Shown: positions 1 through 9,022, counted from the first letter of the stretch. The stretch is 43,026 nt of DNA from Candidatus Heimdallarchaeota archaeon (GCA_018238155.1 JABCTZ010000015.1:1-43026); one strand, 5' to 3'. Numbers and translations are program-made. Notes: generated from the letters alone by a model not told the origin.

Positions 1-55
1 CTACCAAAAGTTTTCGATAAGTTTCCTCATCTAAATCGATAGTCTTTAGATTCAT
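1..55 (-). CDS. 5' end of a probable VapB/DUF217-type antitoxin running off the left edge
   Basis: ATG at 55-53 reads MNLKTIDLDEETYRKLLV..., resembling the N-terminus of the antitoxin at 1209 (MAEKTIKISDEIYAYL). Confidence 0.5.
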   Translation of the reverse strand, partial: MNLKTIDLDEETYRKLLV

Positions 56-116
56 TTTTCTCAATTATATATTGTCTTTCTTTTAATTTAAAGTCATTGA
101 TTATCTTTATACCTTG

Positions 117-176
117 ACGTGTCCTTCCTGAAATGTACAAAATCTAGATCTTTAAGAAGAAGCGAGGGCTGAGAAT
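117..176 (+). repeat. Cassette-boundary repeat R1
   Basis: cgtgtccttcctgaaatg...atctagatctttaagaagaagcgagggctgagaat; core 142-163. Confidence 0.85.
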
Positions 177-270
177 TTATTCAGTTAATTCGTTTTCCTT
201 TCTAGAACATAAAATTAATTAGTTATGATTGAATTGATTAATAAAACAATTACACTTTGCAATTAATCAT

Positions 271-1074
271 ATGAAGTTTGGAGATGGATATATAGAAATG
301 CTAAAGAAAATGATCGAAGAATGGAGGAAGGAACTCATAGAAGCAGGTGAGATTGATCCTTCAGAAGAATTTACTCGGCAAAAAATTCAGCTAAAATATC
401 AAGACTATAAAATGAAGAAAATGAAAGCTGCAGTGGGTGACAAAGGGAAGAGTAAAGGAACCAAAGTGTCAAAAGAAGAGAAACAAAAGAAGAAGAAACC
501 CTCGAAATCAGAAGCCAAAGGAGAAAGACTTGATGACACAAGTCTAGATTTAGAAAGTATTGGTGATATAGCAAGACGTCTCGAGGAAAGTAAGGAACGA
601 GGTCCAAAACCCCGAGAAGGACTAGTTTTTGCCATTGAACAATTAACTAAATCCGGAAAGGGTGGAAATTATTGCATGATTGTTGTTGATGGTTGTTGGA
701 TTAACTTTAGATTCAAGAAAAGAAAGAAAGAATTATTCATGCAAGTTTCTGGCAATCAGTATATTCCATCAAAATCACACTTTGACCAACAACACATCAA
801 GATACTCGAATCTTTCGGGATACAAGCAGATGAATACTCTAATGACATCTACTCGAGATACTTCAATGACAAACCAAGAGATTTTAACGAGATCGTTACT
901 ATTGTCTTCAAGGTTTTCGAACAAGTCTATAGGGTGGACAACAAATCATCAGCTTATATCGAGTTTGTACTAGGAAGTAAAGAACTTCCAGAATTCAAAG
1001 AAATTCTTGATGGTCTTCAAGACTTTATTCCAAAAAGGGCTAAAAACAAATTCAAGTGGTCTTGGGAATCCTAA
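271..1074 (+). CDS. Hypothetical protein: Lys-rich N-terminus, C-terminal globular domain (possibly TY-Chap/YbjN-like)
   Basis: 267 aa ORF filling the R1-R2 interval; the domain guess from QVSGNQYIP...LESFG is weak. Confidence 0.65.
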   Translation: MKFGDGYIEMLKKMIEEWRKELIEAGEIDPSEEFTRQKIQLKYQDYKMKKMKAAVGDKGKSKGTKVSKEEKQKKKKPSKSEAKGERLDDTSLDLESIGDIARRLEESKERGPKPREGLVFAIEQLTKSGKGGNYCMIVVDGCWINFRFKKRKKELFMQVSGNQYIPSKSHFDQQHIKILESFGIQADEYSNDIYSRYFNDKPRDFNEIVTIVFKVFEQVYRVDNKSSAYIEFVLGSKELPEFKEILDGLQDFIPKRAKNKFKWSWES

Positions 1075-1114
1075 CTGGCCTTCTAGCCCTTCAAGAAGAA
1101 GCCTGTGCACGAAC
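1073..1114 (+). repeat. Cassette-boundary repeat R2
   Basis: aactggccttctagcccttcaagaagaagcctgtgcac; core 1081-1102. Confidence 0.9.
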
Positions 1115-1159
1115 TTTTGTTTTTCAACTTTTATAATCAATTTCAATATCTTGTGAGTG

Positions 1160-1175
1160 TATGTTTTTATAAGCA
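1160..1175 (+). promoter_or_regulatory. Putative archaeal TATA box of the vapBC cassette
   Basis: atgtttttataagc about 37 nt upstream of ATG 1209; near-identical atgtttttataaag upstream of the DUF433 gene at 3034. Confidence 0.45.
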
Positions 1176-1208
1176 AGTTTTCCCTATAATTATTGTAGTT
1201 GATTGCTT

Positions 1209-1448
1209 ATGGCTGAAAAAACCATCAAAATCTCAGATGAGATTTATGCTTATCTGGAATCTTTGCGAAAAGAAAATGAAGAAATTGAAGAGGTTCTTGT
1301 ACGTTTATTATCACCAAAAGATACTTCAGCCTCAATTGATGATGTTTTCGGCAAATGGGTTGGTTCCGACAAGGAATTTGAGTCAATTCAAAAAGTAATT
1401 GATTCCACTTGGAATGAATGGAACAAAACATTGCAAGCTTCGGAGTAG
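1209..1448 (+). CDS. vapB: VapB-type antitoxin (DUF217-like)
   Basis: MAEKTIKISDEIYAYLESLRKENEEIEEVLVRLL...FGKW pattern; directly upstream of a PIN toxin. ATG 1209 preferred over TTG 1203. Confidence 0.8.
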   Translation: MAEKTIKISDEIYAYLESLRKENEEIEEVLVRLLSPKDTSASIDDVFGKWVGSDKEFESIQKVIDSTWNEWNKTLQASE

Positions 1449-1454
1449 AAATTA

Positions 1455-1847
1455 ATGTTTTGTTTGGACAGTGATATTCTAATAGCAATCATGCGTGGGA
1501 ATATTGAAGCAAAAGAGAAACTAGTTGAATTACAACGACAAAGTGAAGTATTTGTTACCTCTATTACTATATTTGAACTCTTCTTTGGTGCTTATCTATC
1601 TGAAGCATCAGAAAAAAATCTAACAACTGTAACTAAGCTTTTAGCACCATTTTCCAAGCTCTCCTATTCATACTCTGAAGCCAAATTGACTGGAGAATTT
1701 TCTGCTGACTTACAAAAGAAAGGTTCAACTATTGGTCTTAGAGACTGTATGATTGCTGCAATAACTCAAATTCACAATAAGATTTTGGTTACTCGAAATA
1801 TCAAACATTTCTCTCGAATACCAGGACTTAAATTAGAAAAATGGTAA
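1455..1847 (+). CDS. vapC: VapC PIN-domain ribonuclease toxin
   Basis: LDSDILI, SITIFEL, DCMIAA and LVTRNIKHFSRIPGLKLEKW PIN motifs. Confidence 0.95.
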   Translation: MFCLDSDILIAIMRGNIEAKEKLVELQRQSEVFVTSITIFELFFGAYLSEASEKNLTTVTKLLAPFSKLSYSYSEAKLTGEFSADLQKKGSTIGLRDCMIAAITQIHNKILVTRNIKHFSRIPGLKLEKW

Positions 1848-1885
1848 AACACATCGTTCTTATCACTGAAGCATAATTATTCTAA

Positions 1886-1933
1886 AAACGGACTTCTAGC
1901 CCTTCAAGAAGAAGCGAGGACCGTAGATTCTAC
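1886..1933 (+). repeat. Cassette-boundary repeat R3
   Basis: aacggacttctagcccttcaagaagaagcgaggaccgtagattctac; core 1894-1915. Confidence 0.9.
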
Positions 1934-1955
1934 AAAATCATTTTTTTTCTTTTGT

Positions 1956-1988
1956 TAACCCCTACAGTCTCAGGTGAGACTAGGATTA
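1956..1988. repeat. Palindromic element AGTCTCA-GG-TGAGACT in the right flank of R3; second copy at about 3760-3792
   Basis: agtctcaggtgagact at 1966-1981; tatctcaggtgagact at 3770-3785 flanked by taacc/ggtta. Confidence 0.7.
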
Positions 1989-2110
1989 GTGAAATAATTA
2001 ATTCAATTATATTATTTTGCATTTGAAGAAGCTATTATTTTACCAACTTTAAAATGGAGAAAAAATTAGATTTCTCATCAATATATCTGAGTCAACATTT
2101 AAGTCTAAAT

Positions 2111-2470
2111 TTATGGCAACTCAACAATTCGCATATGAGTTTCGTGAACAACAGTAAATTTTCCTATAGGATTGAATTCCTTATCTTCAAGTATTTCTCT
2201 AATAAATGCTTTTACTTTTGCTGGTGATGTGGGTGGGAATCTAAGCAAAACTATTCCTTTCGACTCGAGCCCTTCTTTAAACACCAACTGACCAAAATCT
2301 TTGTCAAAAGTGATTATCACTAAATCCTTTTCAAAAGCATATTTCATTACTTTCTTATCAAGCATCCCGCACATACTAAGAGGTATACTTTCTATTGCAT
2401 ATCCTTCTACTCTTAGCCCCTTTATTATTAGTAGAGGAATATTCTCGTCAGCTAGATATCCGATCTTCAT
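2111..2470 (-). CDS. DUF5615 PIN-like toxin (VapC45 type)
   Basis: YLADENIP...D..V...A......IITFDKDFG...GIVLLR signature; overlaps the upstream DUF433 gene. Confidence 0.9.
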   Translation of the reverse strand: MKIGYLADENIPLLIIKGLRVEGYAIESIPLSMCGMLDKKVMKYAFEKDLVIITFDKDFGQLVFKEGLESKGIVLLRFPPTSPAKVKAFIREILEDKEFNPIGKFTVVHETHMRIVELP

Positions 2471-2712
2471 TCTTCAACCTTCACTGGTCGTAATTGTTCT
2501 TCTTTAATGATAATTCTTGCATAATCAATTGCTGCGAGAATGTCTGCTTTCTTTAGTTGCTGGTAGTTCTCTAAAATAGCTTCATAGGTCCAATCATTTG
2601 CTAAAAGTTCTAATATGAATTCCACAGCAATCCTTGTTCCTTTTATAATTGCTTTTCCTGTTAGAATCTCGGAATTGACCTCTATTCTTTCATTTACTAA
2701 AGGAGTTGTCAT
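2467..2712 (-). CDS. DUF433 antitoxin
   Basis: RIEVNSEILTGKAIIKGTRIAVEFILELLA...ILENY..L...DILAA signature. Confidence 0.92.
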   Translation of the reverse strand: MTTPLVNERIEVNSEILTGKAIIKGTRIAVEFILELLANDWTYEAILENYQQLKKADILAAIDYARIIIKEEQLRPVKVEE

Positions 2713-2854
2713 TCATACATCACTAGTTATATTATCACTATTTTATTATATTAACTCTTTCACAAATCATTTTTCTTGCCTGATAGGTCATTTACCAAAA
2801 GAGTAAGGTTCTATTAAAAAGAGATGTTGTATCAATGTGTTCTTATCACTTGTT

Positions 2855-2910
2855 TGTGTTCTTCCCGAAATGGTCTTCTGGACCTTAAAGAAGAAGCGAG
2901 AGCAGAGAAT
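2855..2910 (+). repeat. Cassette-boundary repeat R4
   Basis: gtgttcttcccgaaatggtcttctggaccttaaagaagaagcgagagcagagaat; core 2876-2897. Confidence 0.9.
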
Positions 2911-3033
2911 CATACATTCAATCATTTACTTGTTTTCTTTTTTCCTTTTTTTATCCAACTATTGTTAGTAGAGGTTAGTGTTTGTGAATGTTTTTATAAA
3001 GATAGATTGCTTATAGTTAGTTAGTGATTATAT

Positions 3034-3273
3034 ATGACTAGTGATTGGAAAGCACAAATAGCTTCAAAGGTAACCATCCTTCATGGGAAGGTGTGTATAA
3101 AGAACACTCGAGTGATGCTTTCTGTTATACTCGATTGTGTAGCAGAAGGGATGCCCGAAGAAGCGATTCTCAAAGAATACCCTTCCTTGAAGAAAGGGGA
3201 TGTAAGCACTGCTCTGCAATATGCTGCTTCTCTTGCTCGTGGAGAAACTATTCCATTAATAATTGAGAGTTGA
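3034..3273 (+). CDS. DUF433 antitoxin
   Basis: ILHGKVCIKNTRVMLSVILDCVAEGM..EAILKEYPSL...DVSTALQYAA signature. Confidence 0.92.
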   Translation: MTSDWKAQIASKVTILHGKVCIKNTRVMLSVILDCVAEGMPEEAILKEYPSLKKGDVSTALQYAASLARGETIPLIIES

Positions 3274-3283
3274 AGGTGCATCT

Positions 3284-3651
3284 ATGAAATTTAAACTGGA
3301 TGAGAACATTCCTTTTTCTTTGAAAAAACATATTGAAGTGACGGGAGACCATCAAGTTGATAGTGTCATAGTCATGAAAAGAAAACAGGAATAGATGATC
3401 ATTCTCTACTAAAGCTTTGTTTACAAGAACAAAGAATTCTCATTTCATTAGATGCTGATTTTAATAATCCAATTATGCATCCACAAGAAACACTATTTGG
3501 GATAATCATTCTTCGACCTACTTCTCAAGGTAAACAAGCTGTTTCTGATTTATTTACTAATTTCCTTGCTAGCTTTAAACTTGATGATGTTGTAAACAAA
3601 GTATTAATCGTTGAATACAATAACATCACAATTCGTTGGGATTGTGTTTAA
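3284..3651 (+). pseudogene. Frameshifted DUF5615 PIN-like toxin (absent from the ORF track)
   Basis: ATG 3284 reads MKFKLDENIPFSLKKHIE...QVDSV. After a shift near 3368-3373 it continues HEKKTGIDD...RILISLDADF...GIIILRP...IRWDCV* (TAA 3649-3651). Confidence 0.85.
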
Positions 3652-3668
3652 CTTTATACTTCCAATAA

Positions 3669-3729
3669 TGTTTCCTTCCCGAAATGGTCTTCTAGACCTT
3701 CAAGAAGAAGCGAGGGGCGTAGATTCTAT
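3669..3729 (+). repeat. Cassette-boundary repeat R5
   Basis: tccttcccgaaatggtcttctagaccttcaagaagaagcgaggggcgtagattcta; core 3690-3711. Confidence 0.92.
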
Positions 3730-4012
3730 AAGGAAATTATCAGTTATTTTTTCTTTTATTAACCTCTACTATCTCAGGTGAGACTAGGGTTATTTGAACA
3801 AAAGAAGATCTACTTTATTTTTTATTAACTTGAAATAATCGCACTTTTTCAATTTGTAATTTTTACCTAGATTGATAATAGTAGAATTCAAGATAATTTG
3901 GATTATAGTATTCTTTCCAAACCACATAGCAATCTTGACATATTGGTCTATCTAAGTTAAATTTGATTTCTAAATTACATAAGAAAAATGGAAGAAAACA
4001 TTTCATTGAAAA

Positions 4013-4630
4013 TTATTTTCTTCGTCTTTTCTTTCCTTTTGATTTTTTGCGATGTAGAATAGGAAAAGTAATTACGAACACTACTAGTACGACTATGCCA
4101 ACTCCTGCAAGAATTATCCACCAATATCCTGCAAAACCTGCTTGATTAAAATAGAGTGAATAATCTCCACCATTTACTGTGCCGGAATTTTTTACTATAA
4201 CTAATCTGAAAACGTAATCTTCATCTGCTTGAAATCTTAAATCAATTACTTGTTGCTCAGAAGAAGTAGAGCTCCCCCAATTAGCTATTTCCTCAGAAAT
4301 AACATCGAAACCTGTTACTACAGGATCGCCATATTCCTTTAGCACTTGAACTCGTAGTTGGAAATTTGCATCCAATTCAGTCAGAAGCTTTAATCTAAGG
4401 TGATATGAAGCTCCTTCTTTAACTTTCAATCGGTAATAATGTATTTCAAAATAATTATGAAAATCCTCTCGTTTGTAGAGAATTACAGAACGTTCTTTAT
4501 CATCATGAAGAGCTTGTACTTTACATCCAGCATCATCCAAATTTATTGAACTAGTAAATACTGTTGGTAACATTAATAGCAAAATTGTGGTGATTAGAAA
4601 TAGTGTTTTGTTTATTTTACGTAGTTGCAT
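4013..4630 (-). CDS. Secreted or membrane-anchored hypothetical protein
   Basis: N-terminal signal peptide, beta-rich middle, C-terminal TM helix followed by RKKSKGKKRRRK. Confidence 0.75.
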   Translation of the reverse strand: MQLRKINKTLFLITTILLLMLPTVFTSSINLDDAGCKVQALHDDKERSVILYKREDFHNYFEIHYYRLKVKEGASYHLRLKLLTELDANFQLRVQVLKEYGDPVVTGFDVISEEIANWGSSTSSEQQVIDLRFQADEDYVFRLVIVKNSGTVNGGDYSLYFNQAGFAGYWWIILAGVGIVVLVVFVITFPILHRKKSKGKKRRRK

Positions 4631-4700
4631 TAGATGTTTTCCTCAATAAAATATTTTCAATTTCTATTGTTAGTGCTAGTATGTTGTTATTAATATTTAT

Positions 4701-4872
4701 TTATATATTACTCAAAGAAGAAATATACTCGATTTCAATTTCATCTTCAAATGATGACGTAGTTGTACCATCATGAACATAATATGCTCTATGTTCATCA
4801 GCTTCATAATGTCCATAAAATAATTCAAATTCAACTATATGTTCTATCTCAATAGATGGCAAGCATATTGTC
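4701..4872 (-). pseudogene. 3' remnant of a paralogue of the 20864-22315 secreted protein
   Basis: Reads ...LFYGHYEADEHRAYYVHDGTTTSSFE... versus FFWGHHESDEYGAYYVSDGSTISSFE; 4746-4825 aligns without gaps to 20876-20955. Confidence 0.8.
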
Positions 4873-5073
4873 TATATTGAAGAAGGAACACTTTCATTTG
4901 GTTCATTAACTTTCCATAACTTGATAACGAATAAGAAAATAAGATTAACAGTTTTAGAAGTTAAAGGATTGGGATTTCATTCAGGAGCATGATATGTTTA
5001 GAAATCTCAATAGAAATAAGCTAAACACTATAAAATTATAAATCTTCGTTTACTACTTGAGTACATCACTACT

Positions 5074-5116
5074 AACCTTCTTGCCCTTCAAGAAGAAGCG
5101 AGGGTCGAGTATTCTA
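5074..5116 (+). repeat. Cassette-boundary repeat R6
   Basis: aaccttcttgcccttcaagaagaagcgagggtcgagtattctac; core 5078-5099. Confidence 0.88.
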
Positions 5117-5184
5117 CTGTAAAGTTTTAACTATTTTTTATTTTGTTTTTTTTTAAATTACAGAAAACCTTAGTATCTTGAAAT

Positions 5185-6222
5185 TCAAGAAAAATTAACG
5201 AAAATAAAGTTTAAAATGTAAGACACTACTGTTGATAGGAAATAAACCACAGAAAGGACGATATATATCACTCCAACTTGTTTTCTTCTTTTCTGATATT
5301 TTGTATTGCTCAAAACGAGTGGGACTTTATAATTCTCTTTTATGAAATTGTCAAAATTATGAACAAAATTTGAAGAATGTGATCCTCTGCCAGTAAAGAC
5401 TTCTCCTAAGAAATATTTCTTCTCATCCTTTGTTTTTATTACAAGATATGAAACCATTTTTTCCTTTGTATAAGTTTCTTTTTTAGCAGTTGGACGCATA
5501 GAAGTACTTCCGAGTTCAAATTCAGCTACTTCTTGAATTGGTATAGTTATTATTGTTTTTTTGTCGAATACTGTTTTTGTACTTATGATATTTACTGAAT
5601 CATTTCGAAACCCTATCACTACCCATTGTTTTGAAAGTTTTTGTAAAGAAATAGCAAATCTAGTTGCAGAATAAATGATTATTATTATGCCTATGATACA
5701 TAAAATTAACACACTATAAATTTTGGTTGGATCTCGATGTACTAATAGAGAAAAAATCAATGCAAATATTGGGAACATTAACCCCAAAAAAGTTAATGGT
5801 ATACCTATTCCTTTAATTGGTAAATTGAATGCATAATAGTTTCTTTTCTTTAGTATGTGCAATTTCCTAGATTTTTTATCAATATAAAGCTTAAATGGAT
5901 TATTACGCATGATAAATTGGAGAATTACTTTTTTTGGCACATCATGTATTCCTAGCCTTTTATAAAATTGTAATTCATGTAATTGTTTTTCATTTTGAAC
6001 ATCCGTGTAATTATCTCTTCTGAAGAAAGGTGTTTCATTGGAGGAGCTATCGCTAATTGAGGTATCATTGGAAGATTTAATTTCCCTAGAACAAACAGGA
6101 CATATACTTTCATCCTTTAACCAATCGTTATAATGTTCATCATGGAAAGTTGCTAAGCAATGAGGGCACTGAGCGATCTTTTGCCCTTCTCTGACCTCCA
6201 ATTTACAAATAGCACACTTCAA
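5185..6222 (-). CDS. RING-type zinc-finger membrane protein (candidate E3 ligase)
   Basis: CAIC-x13-CPHC...FHDEH..DWL.....CPVC at the N-terminus; about three hydrophobic TM segments. Confidence 0.75.
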   Translation of the reverse strand: MKCAICKLEVREGQKIAQCPHCLATFHDEHYNDWLKDESICPVCSREIKSSNDTSISDSSSNETPFFRRDNYTDVQNEKQLHELQFYKRLGIHDVPKKVILQFIMRNNPFKLYIDKKSRKLHILKKRNYYAFNLPIKGIGIPLTFLGLMFPIFALIFSLLVHRDPTKIYSVLILCIIGIIIIIYSATRFAISLQKLSKQWVVIGFRNDSVNIISTKTVFDKKTIITIPIQEVAEFELGSTSMRPTAKKETYTKEKMVSYLVIKTKDEKKYFLGEVFTGRGSHSSNFVHNFDNFIKENYKVPLVLSNTKYQKRRKQVGVIYIVLSVVYFLSTVVSYILNFIFVNFS

Positions 6223-6364
6223 TCCCAGCTACTCCTTCTTCTATAGTAACTCTCAATTAATGACAATTTAGTGAATAACCTATTTAAAGAATTTCTTTTG
6301 CTTTTGAAACAGGATAATAAATCATTTGGCAATATTTCTACCATCTAGGCAAGTTATTGCCGGT

Positions 6365-6410
6365 TTGAACTTCTAGCCCTTCAAGAAGAAGCGAGGGTCG
6401 TAGATTCTAT
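6365..6410 (+). repeat. Cassette-boundary repeat R7
   Basis: tgaacttctagcccttcaagaagaagcgagggtcgtagattcta; core 6371-6392. Confidence 0.92.
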
Positions 6411-6790
6411 ACTAGTTTTTCTTTAAGAAATTCTTTCAGCTCTGCAACAAATTCCTTTGCTACTTTGAGTTGTTTTTCAGCTTTAGTCTTAGTTATTGCA
6501 AATCCTATAGAATAATCACCATACAATCGTTTATCATAGGCTTCATTGATTGCTTTTCCCAGCTCTCTATCAAAAACACCAGTTTTAATAAAAAATTGAC
6601 CAAAGGAACTAATGACTCCTTTATGAGAGCTAGTTTTAATTTCTTCAGTTAGAAGAACAGCTTCTACCAGATAGTACATTGCATAATAACATCTCGAAAC
6701 ACAGGTATCAAAATCACCATGTTCTAGAACCAATTCAGCTGTCTGTAAGAATTTCTCAGCTTTTTTAATTGAATTAGCAATCACTTTCAA
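6407..6790 (-). CDS. HEPN-domain protein (UPF0332-like) of an MNT-HEPN TA pair
   Basis: VSRCYYAMYY, SHKGVISSFG and R..GDY motifs; downstream of an MNT gene. Confidence 0.92.
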   Translation of the reverse strand: MKVIANSIKKAEKFLQTAELVLEHGDFDTCVSRCYYAMYYLVEAVLLTEEIKTSSHKGVISSFGQFFIKTGVFDRELGKAINEAYDKRLYGDYSIGFAITKTKAEKQLKVAKEFVAELKEFLKEKLV

Positions 6791-7107
6791 ATAACTATCC
6801 CTTCCTCTTTTACATTCTGTATAAAAGCTGAGTTATAATTTACAAAAAACTCTTCAGGTAATATCACAACTGAGATGAATTCTCCTGTATCAATGAATAA
6901 ATCCCAAAGGATATCACTAAGCTGTCTTCTAACTTCAAAAGGATCTAATGATTCATCAACAATTATAAGTAAATCAATATCAGATTCAAAAGTAGCCGTT
7001 TTTCTAGCCTGGGAACCATAGAGTATTACTTGCTTTATTTTATCCCCATAAACTTGTATTGCGTATGTTTTTATCTCTAGAACAAGTTTCTTCACTATCG
7101 CTTTCAT
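6787..7107 (-). CDS. Minimal nucleotidyltransferase (MNT)
   Basis: ILYGSQAR.....SDIDLLII and V.EEGIVI motifs. Confidence 0.92.
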   Translation of the reverse strand: MKAIVKKLVLEIKTYAIQVYGDKIKQVILYGSQARKTATFESDIDLLIIVDESLDPFEVRRQLSDILWDLFIDTGEFISVVILPEEFFVNYNSAFIQNVKEEGIVI

Positions 7108-7211
7108 GGCTTCTCATCTGTTATTCATTTTACATTTTATTCATATATTTTCTCATACTAATATAAAACCATTGATTGTAAATCTCCTTCAGAAGTTTTT
7201 ACAGTTTATTT

Positions 7212-7284
7212 GTACTATCTAAGTGAATCCTTCCCAAACAATACTTTTAGTCTTTCAAGAAGAAGTGAGAGTTGAAGATTCTAC
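7212..7284 (+). repeat. Cassette-boundary repeat R8 (diverged)
   Basis: atctaagtgaatccttcccaaacaatacttttagtctttcaagaagaagtgagagttgaagattctac; core 7245-7266. Confidence 0.8.
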
Positions 7285-7437
7285 ATTTTTTTCCTTTTAT
7301 CCCAATAGTGTTAGTTGAGACTAGTGTTATTGAAATGAGAAGTGAATTTTATTAATGGACGAATAATTAAATAATCAACAAAAGATGAATAGTAACTATT
7401 GAATGATTCACAGAGTAGTCTTCCTGAGTGATTTATT

Positions 7438-8025
7438 ATGACTTTTAATCCCGATGATTTTGCTATCAAAAAGCAATTTGGTTCTTATTGGTTTCACATC
7501 CGTCCTGCAAAAAGTTCTGATAGAGATAAAGTTTGGCAAGGATATCAAGATGCTCCTCGAGATTTTTTTAAATTCCTTAGTCCTATAACAAAAGAAGCTA
7601 TTAATCACTGGTATCCCCAAGGAGTTGAGTTGGACTATAAAAATTCTTTACCAATTAATGTAATGCTTCTTGATGATTCTCAAAATGAAGTGGCATTTGC
7701 CGGTAATATGGCTCTTATTTTTTCTCAAAGTAGAAGATACAAACATAGAGCTCAAATGGGATTATCTGTTCTTCCTAAATATCAGAAATTAGGCATAGGT
7801 TCCTTTCTCACTCAACTATCAGTTGATATTGCACAAGCAAAACCTGGAATTTATCGCTTAGAGCTTGAAGTTTGTGTTTCTAATCCTGCTCGAACGATCT
7901 ATCCTAAATTTGGTTATAAACAAGAAGCGATTTTAGAAAAAAAATTTCTGATGGATGATGGCTCTTTAGATGATGTAACTATTATGAGTATAATCTTTAA
8001 CGATAAGATTCGTCAGCAAAAATAG
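7438..8025 (+). CDS. GNAT family N-acetyltransferase
   Basis: GLSVLPKYQKLGIGSFL motif A; LEV...NPARTIYPKFGY motif B. Confidence 0.9.
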   Translation: MTFNPDDFAIKKQFGSYWFHIRPAKSSDRDKVWQGYQDAPRDFFKFLSPITKEAINHWYPQGVELDYKNSLPINVMLLDDSQNEVAFAGNMALIFSQSRRYKHRAQMGLSVLPKYQKLGIGSFLTQLSVDIAQAKPGIYRLELEVCVSNPARTIYPKFGYKQEAILEKKFLMDDGSLDDVTIMSIIFNDKIRQQK

Positions 8026-8049
8026 TACTGCGTGAAAGTACTTGAATTT

Positions 8050-8110
8050 GCTTTCTTTACTGAAATGGACTTCTAGACCTAAAAGAAGAAGCGAGGGGCG
8101 TAGATTCTAC
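8050..8110 (+). repeat. Cassette-boundary repeat R9
   Basis: ctgaaatggacttctagacctaaaagaagaagcgaggggcgtagattctac; core 8071-8092. Confidence 0.9.
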
Positions 8111-8202
8111 AAAATAACTATCAGTTATTTTTTTCTGTTTTTATAAAAAAAATGAAGGGAAAATAATTACTTATTTCCTCTTCTTGCGTACAATCATAAC
8201 AA

Positions 8203-8240
8203 TTTGGAATTCTAGCCCCTCAAGAGGAAGTGTGTATCTT
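8203..8240 (+). repeat. Cassette-boundary repeat R10
   Basis: tggaattctagcccctcaagaggaagtgtgta; core 8210-8231. Confidence 0.8.
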
Positions 8241-8245
8241 GAGTA

Positions 8246-8620
8246 TCATTTAAGTAAATTCTTGATTGGTTCTATTAAAATAGGAATATTTTTTTCAGGA
8301 ATTCCAACCATTGGACTTTCAGTGGCTTCTTTTGTATTCCTCCGATGTAAATGATGAGGTTTTGAGGTTACATTCCAACGATCATCAAAATTATCATAAC
8401 GGATGAAATCTTGTGGTTGTTGAGAAAATTGTATTTGGTATGAGTATTCGTCATAATCGTTATAACGAATATGGACTGTAAATCCTTTCAAAAATTTAAC
8501 AGTAAGTAATGGTTTTCTTTCATTGAGTTTTTGTTCCAGAATATAATTTGATAATTCTTCGTTAAGCAGCTTTCTTGCAATTGATATTTTTTTCCAGCCA
8601 GAGATGTCTTTTTCCCCCAA
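8246..8620 (-). CDS. DUF6516-family (TumE-like) putative toxin
   Basis: YSYQ......FIRYDN........KPHHLH motif; abuts a small upstream gene. Confidence 0.75.
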   Translation of the reverse strand: MGEKDISGWKKISIARKLLNEELSNYILEQKLNERKPLLTVKFLKGFTVHIRYNDYDEYSYQIQFSQQPQDFIRYDNFDDRWNVTSKPHHLHRRNTKEATESPMVGIPEKNIPILIEPIKNLLK

Positions 8621-8854
8621 TTAACCTAATTTATTCATTAATGTTTGGAGTTTTTCTTCTTCAAGTAAGAGCTGTCTTAGATCTATTGCATCATTCTCTG
8701 CATTTTCATGTCGACCATCTCTTGCTTTTTGTAGGAATTGCTCTGCTGAAGTTTCATTCCATCTTGATAAGATTTCTTCGATTTCTGCTTGTATTTGTCT
8801 TAGCTTATATGTAATTAGTTCTTCAGCTAGCTCTTTTTTCATGCTTACATTCAT
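8621..8854 (-). CDS. Small helical putative antitoxin partner of DUF6516
   Basis: 77 aa; its stop directly abuts the toxin start; ILSRW..TSAEQFL..AR.G......D..D pattern. Confidence 0.7.
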   Translation of the reverse strand: MNVSMKKELAEELITYKLRQIQAEIEEILSRWNETSAEQFLQKARDGRHENAENDAIDLRQLLLEEEKLQTLMNKLG

Positions 8855-9022
8855 TGTTACTCACTTGTACTTTTGATATGTTTTTATATAAACTATTCTT
8901 ATAATAGTTGCATTTTGATAATGCTATAACATTTCTCGATGTTCGAAGGTTCTTTTACAAGATCAGATTGAATGGCGCCGTTGTGTATGCGCGTTGAGTC
9001 TTCGGGCGAGATGCTCAGCCGA

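Noticed and set aside
2824-3024. Short ORFs crossing repeats (1105-1398, 2824-3024, 25470-25712, 28531-28743)
   Set aside because: They run through repeat or T-tract DNA, or overlap better-supported genes; probably spurious.
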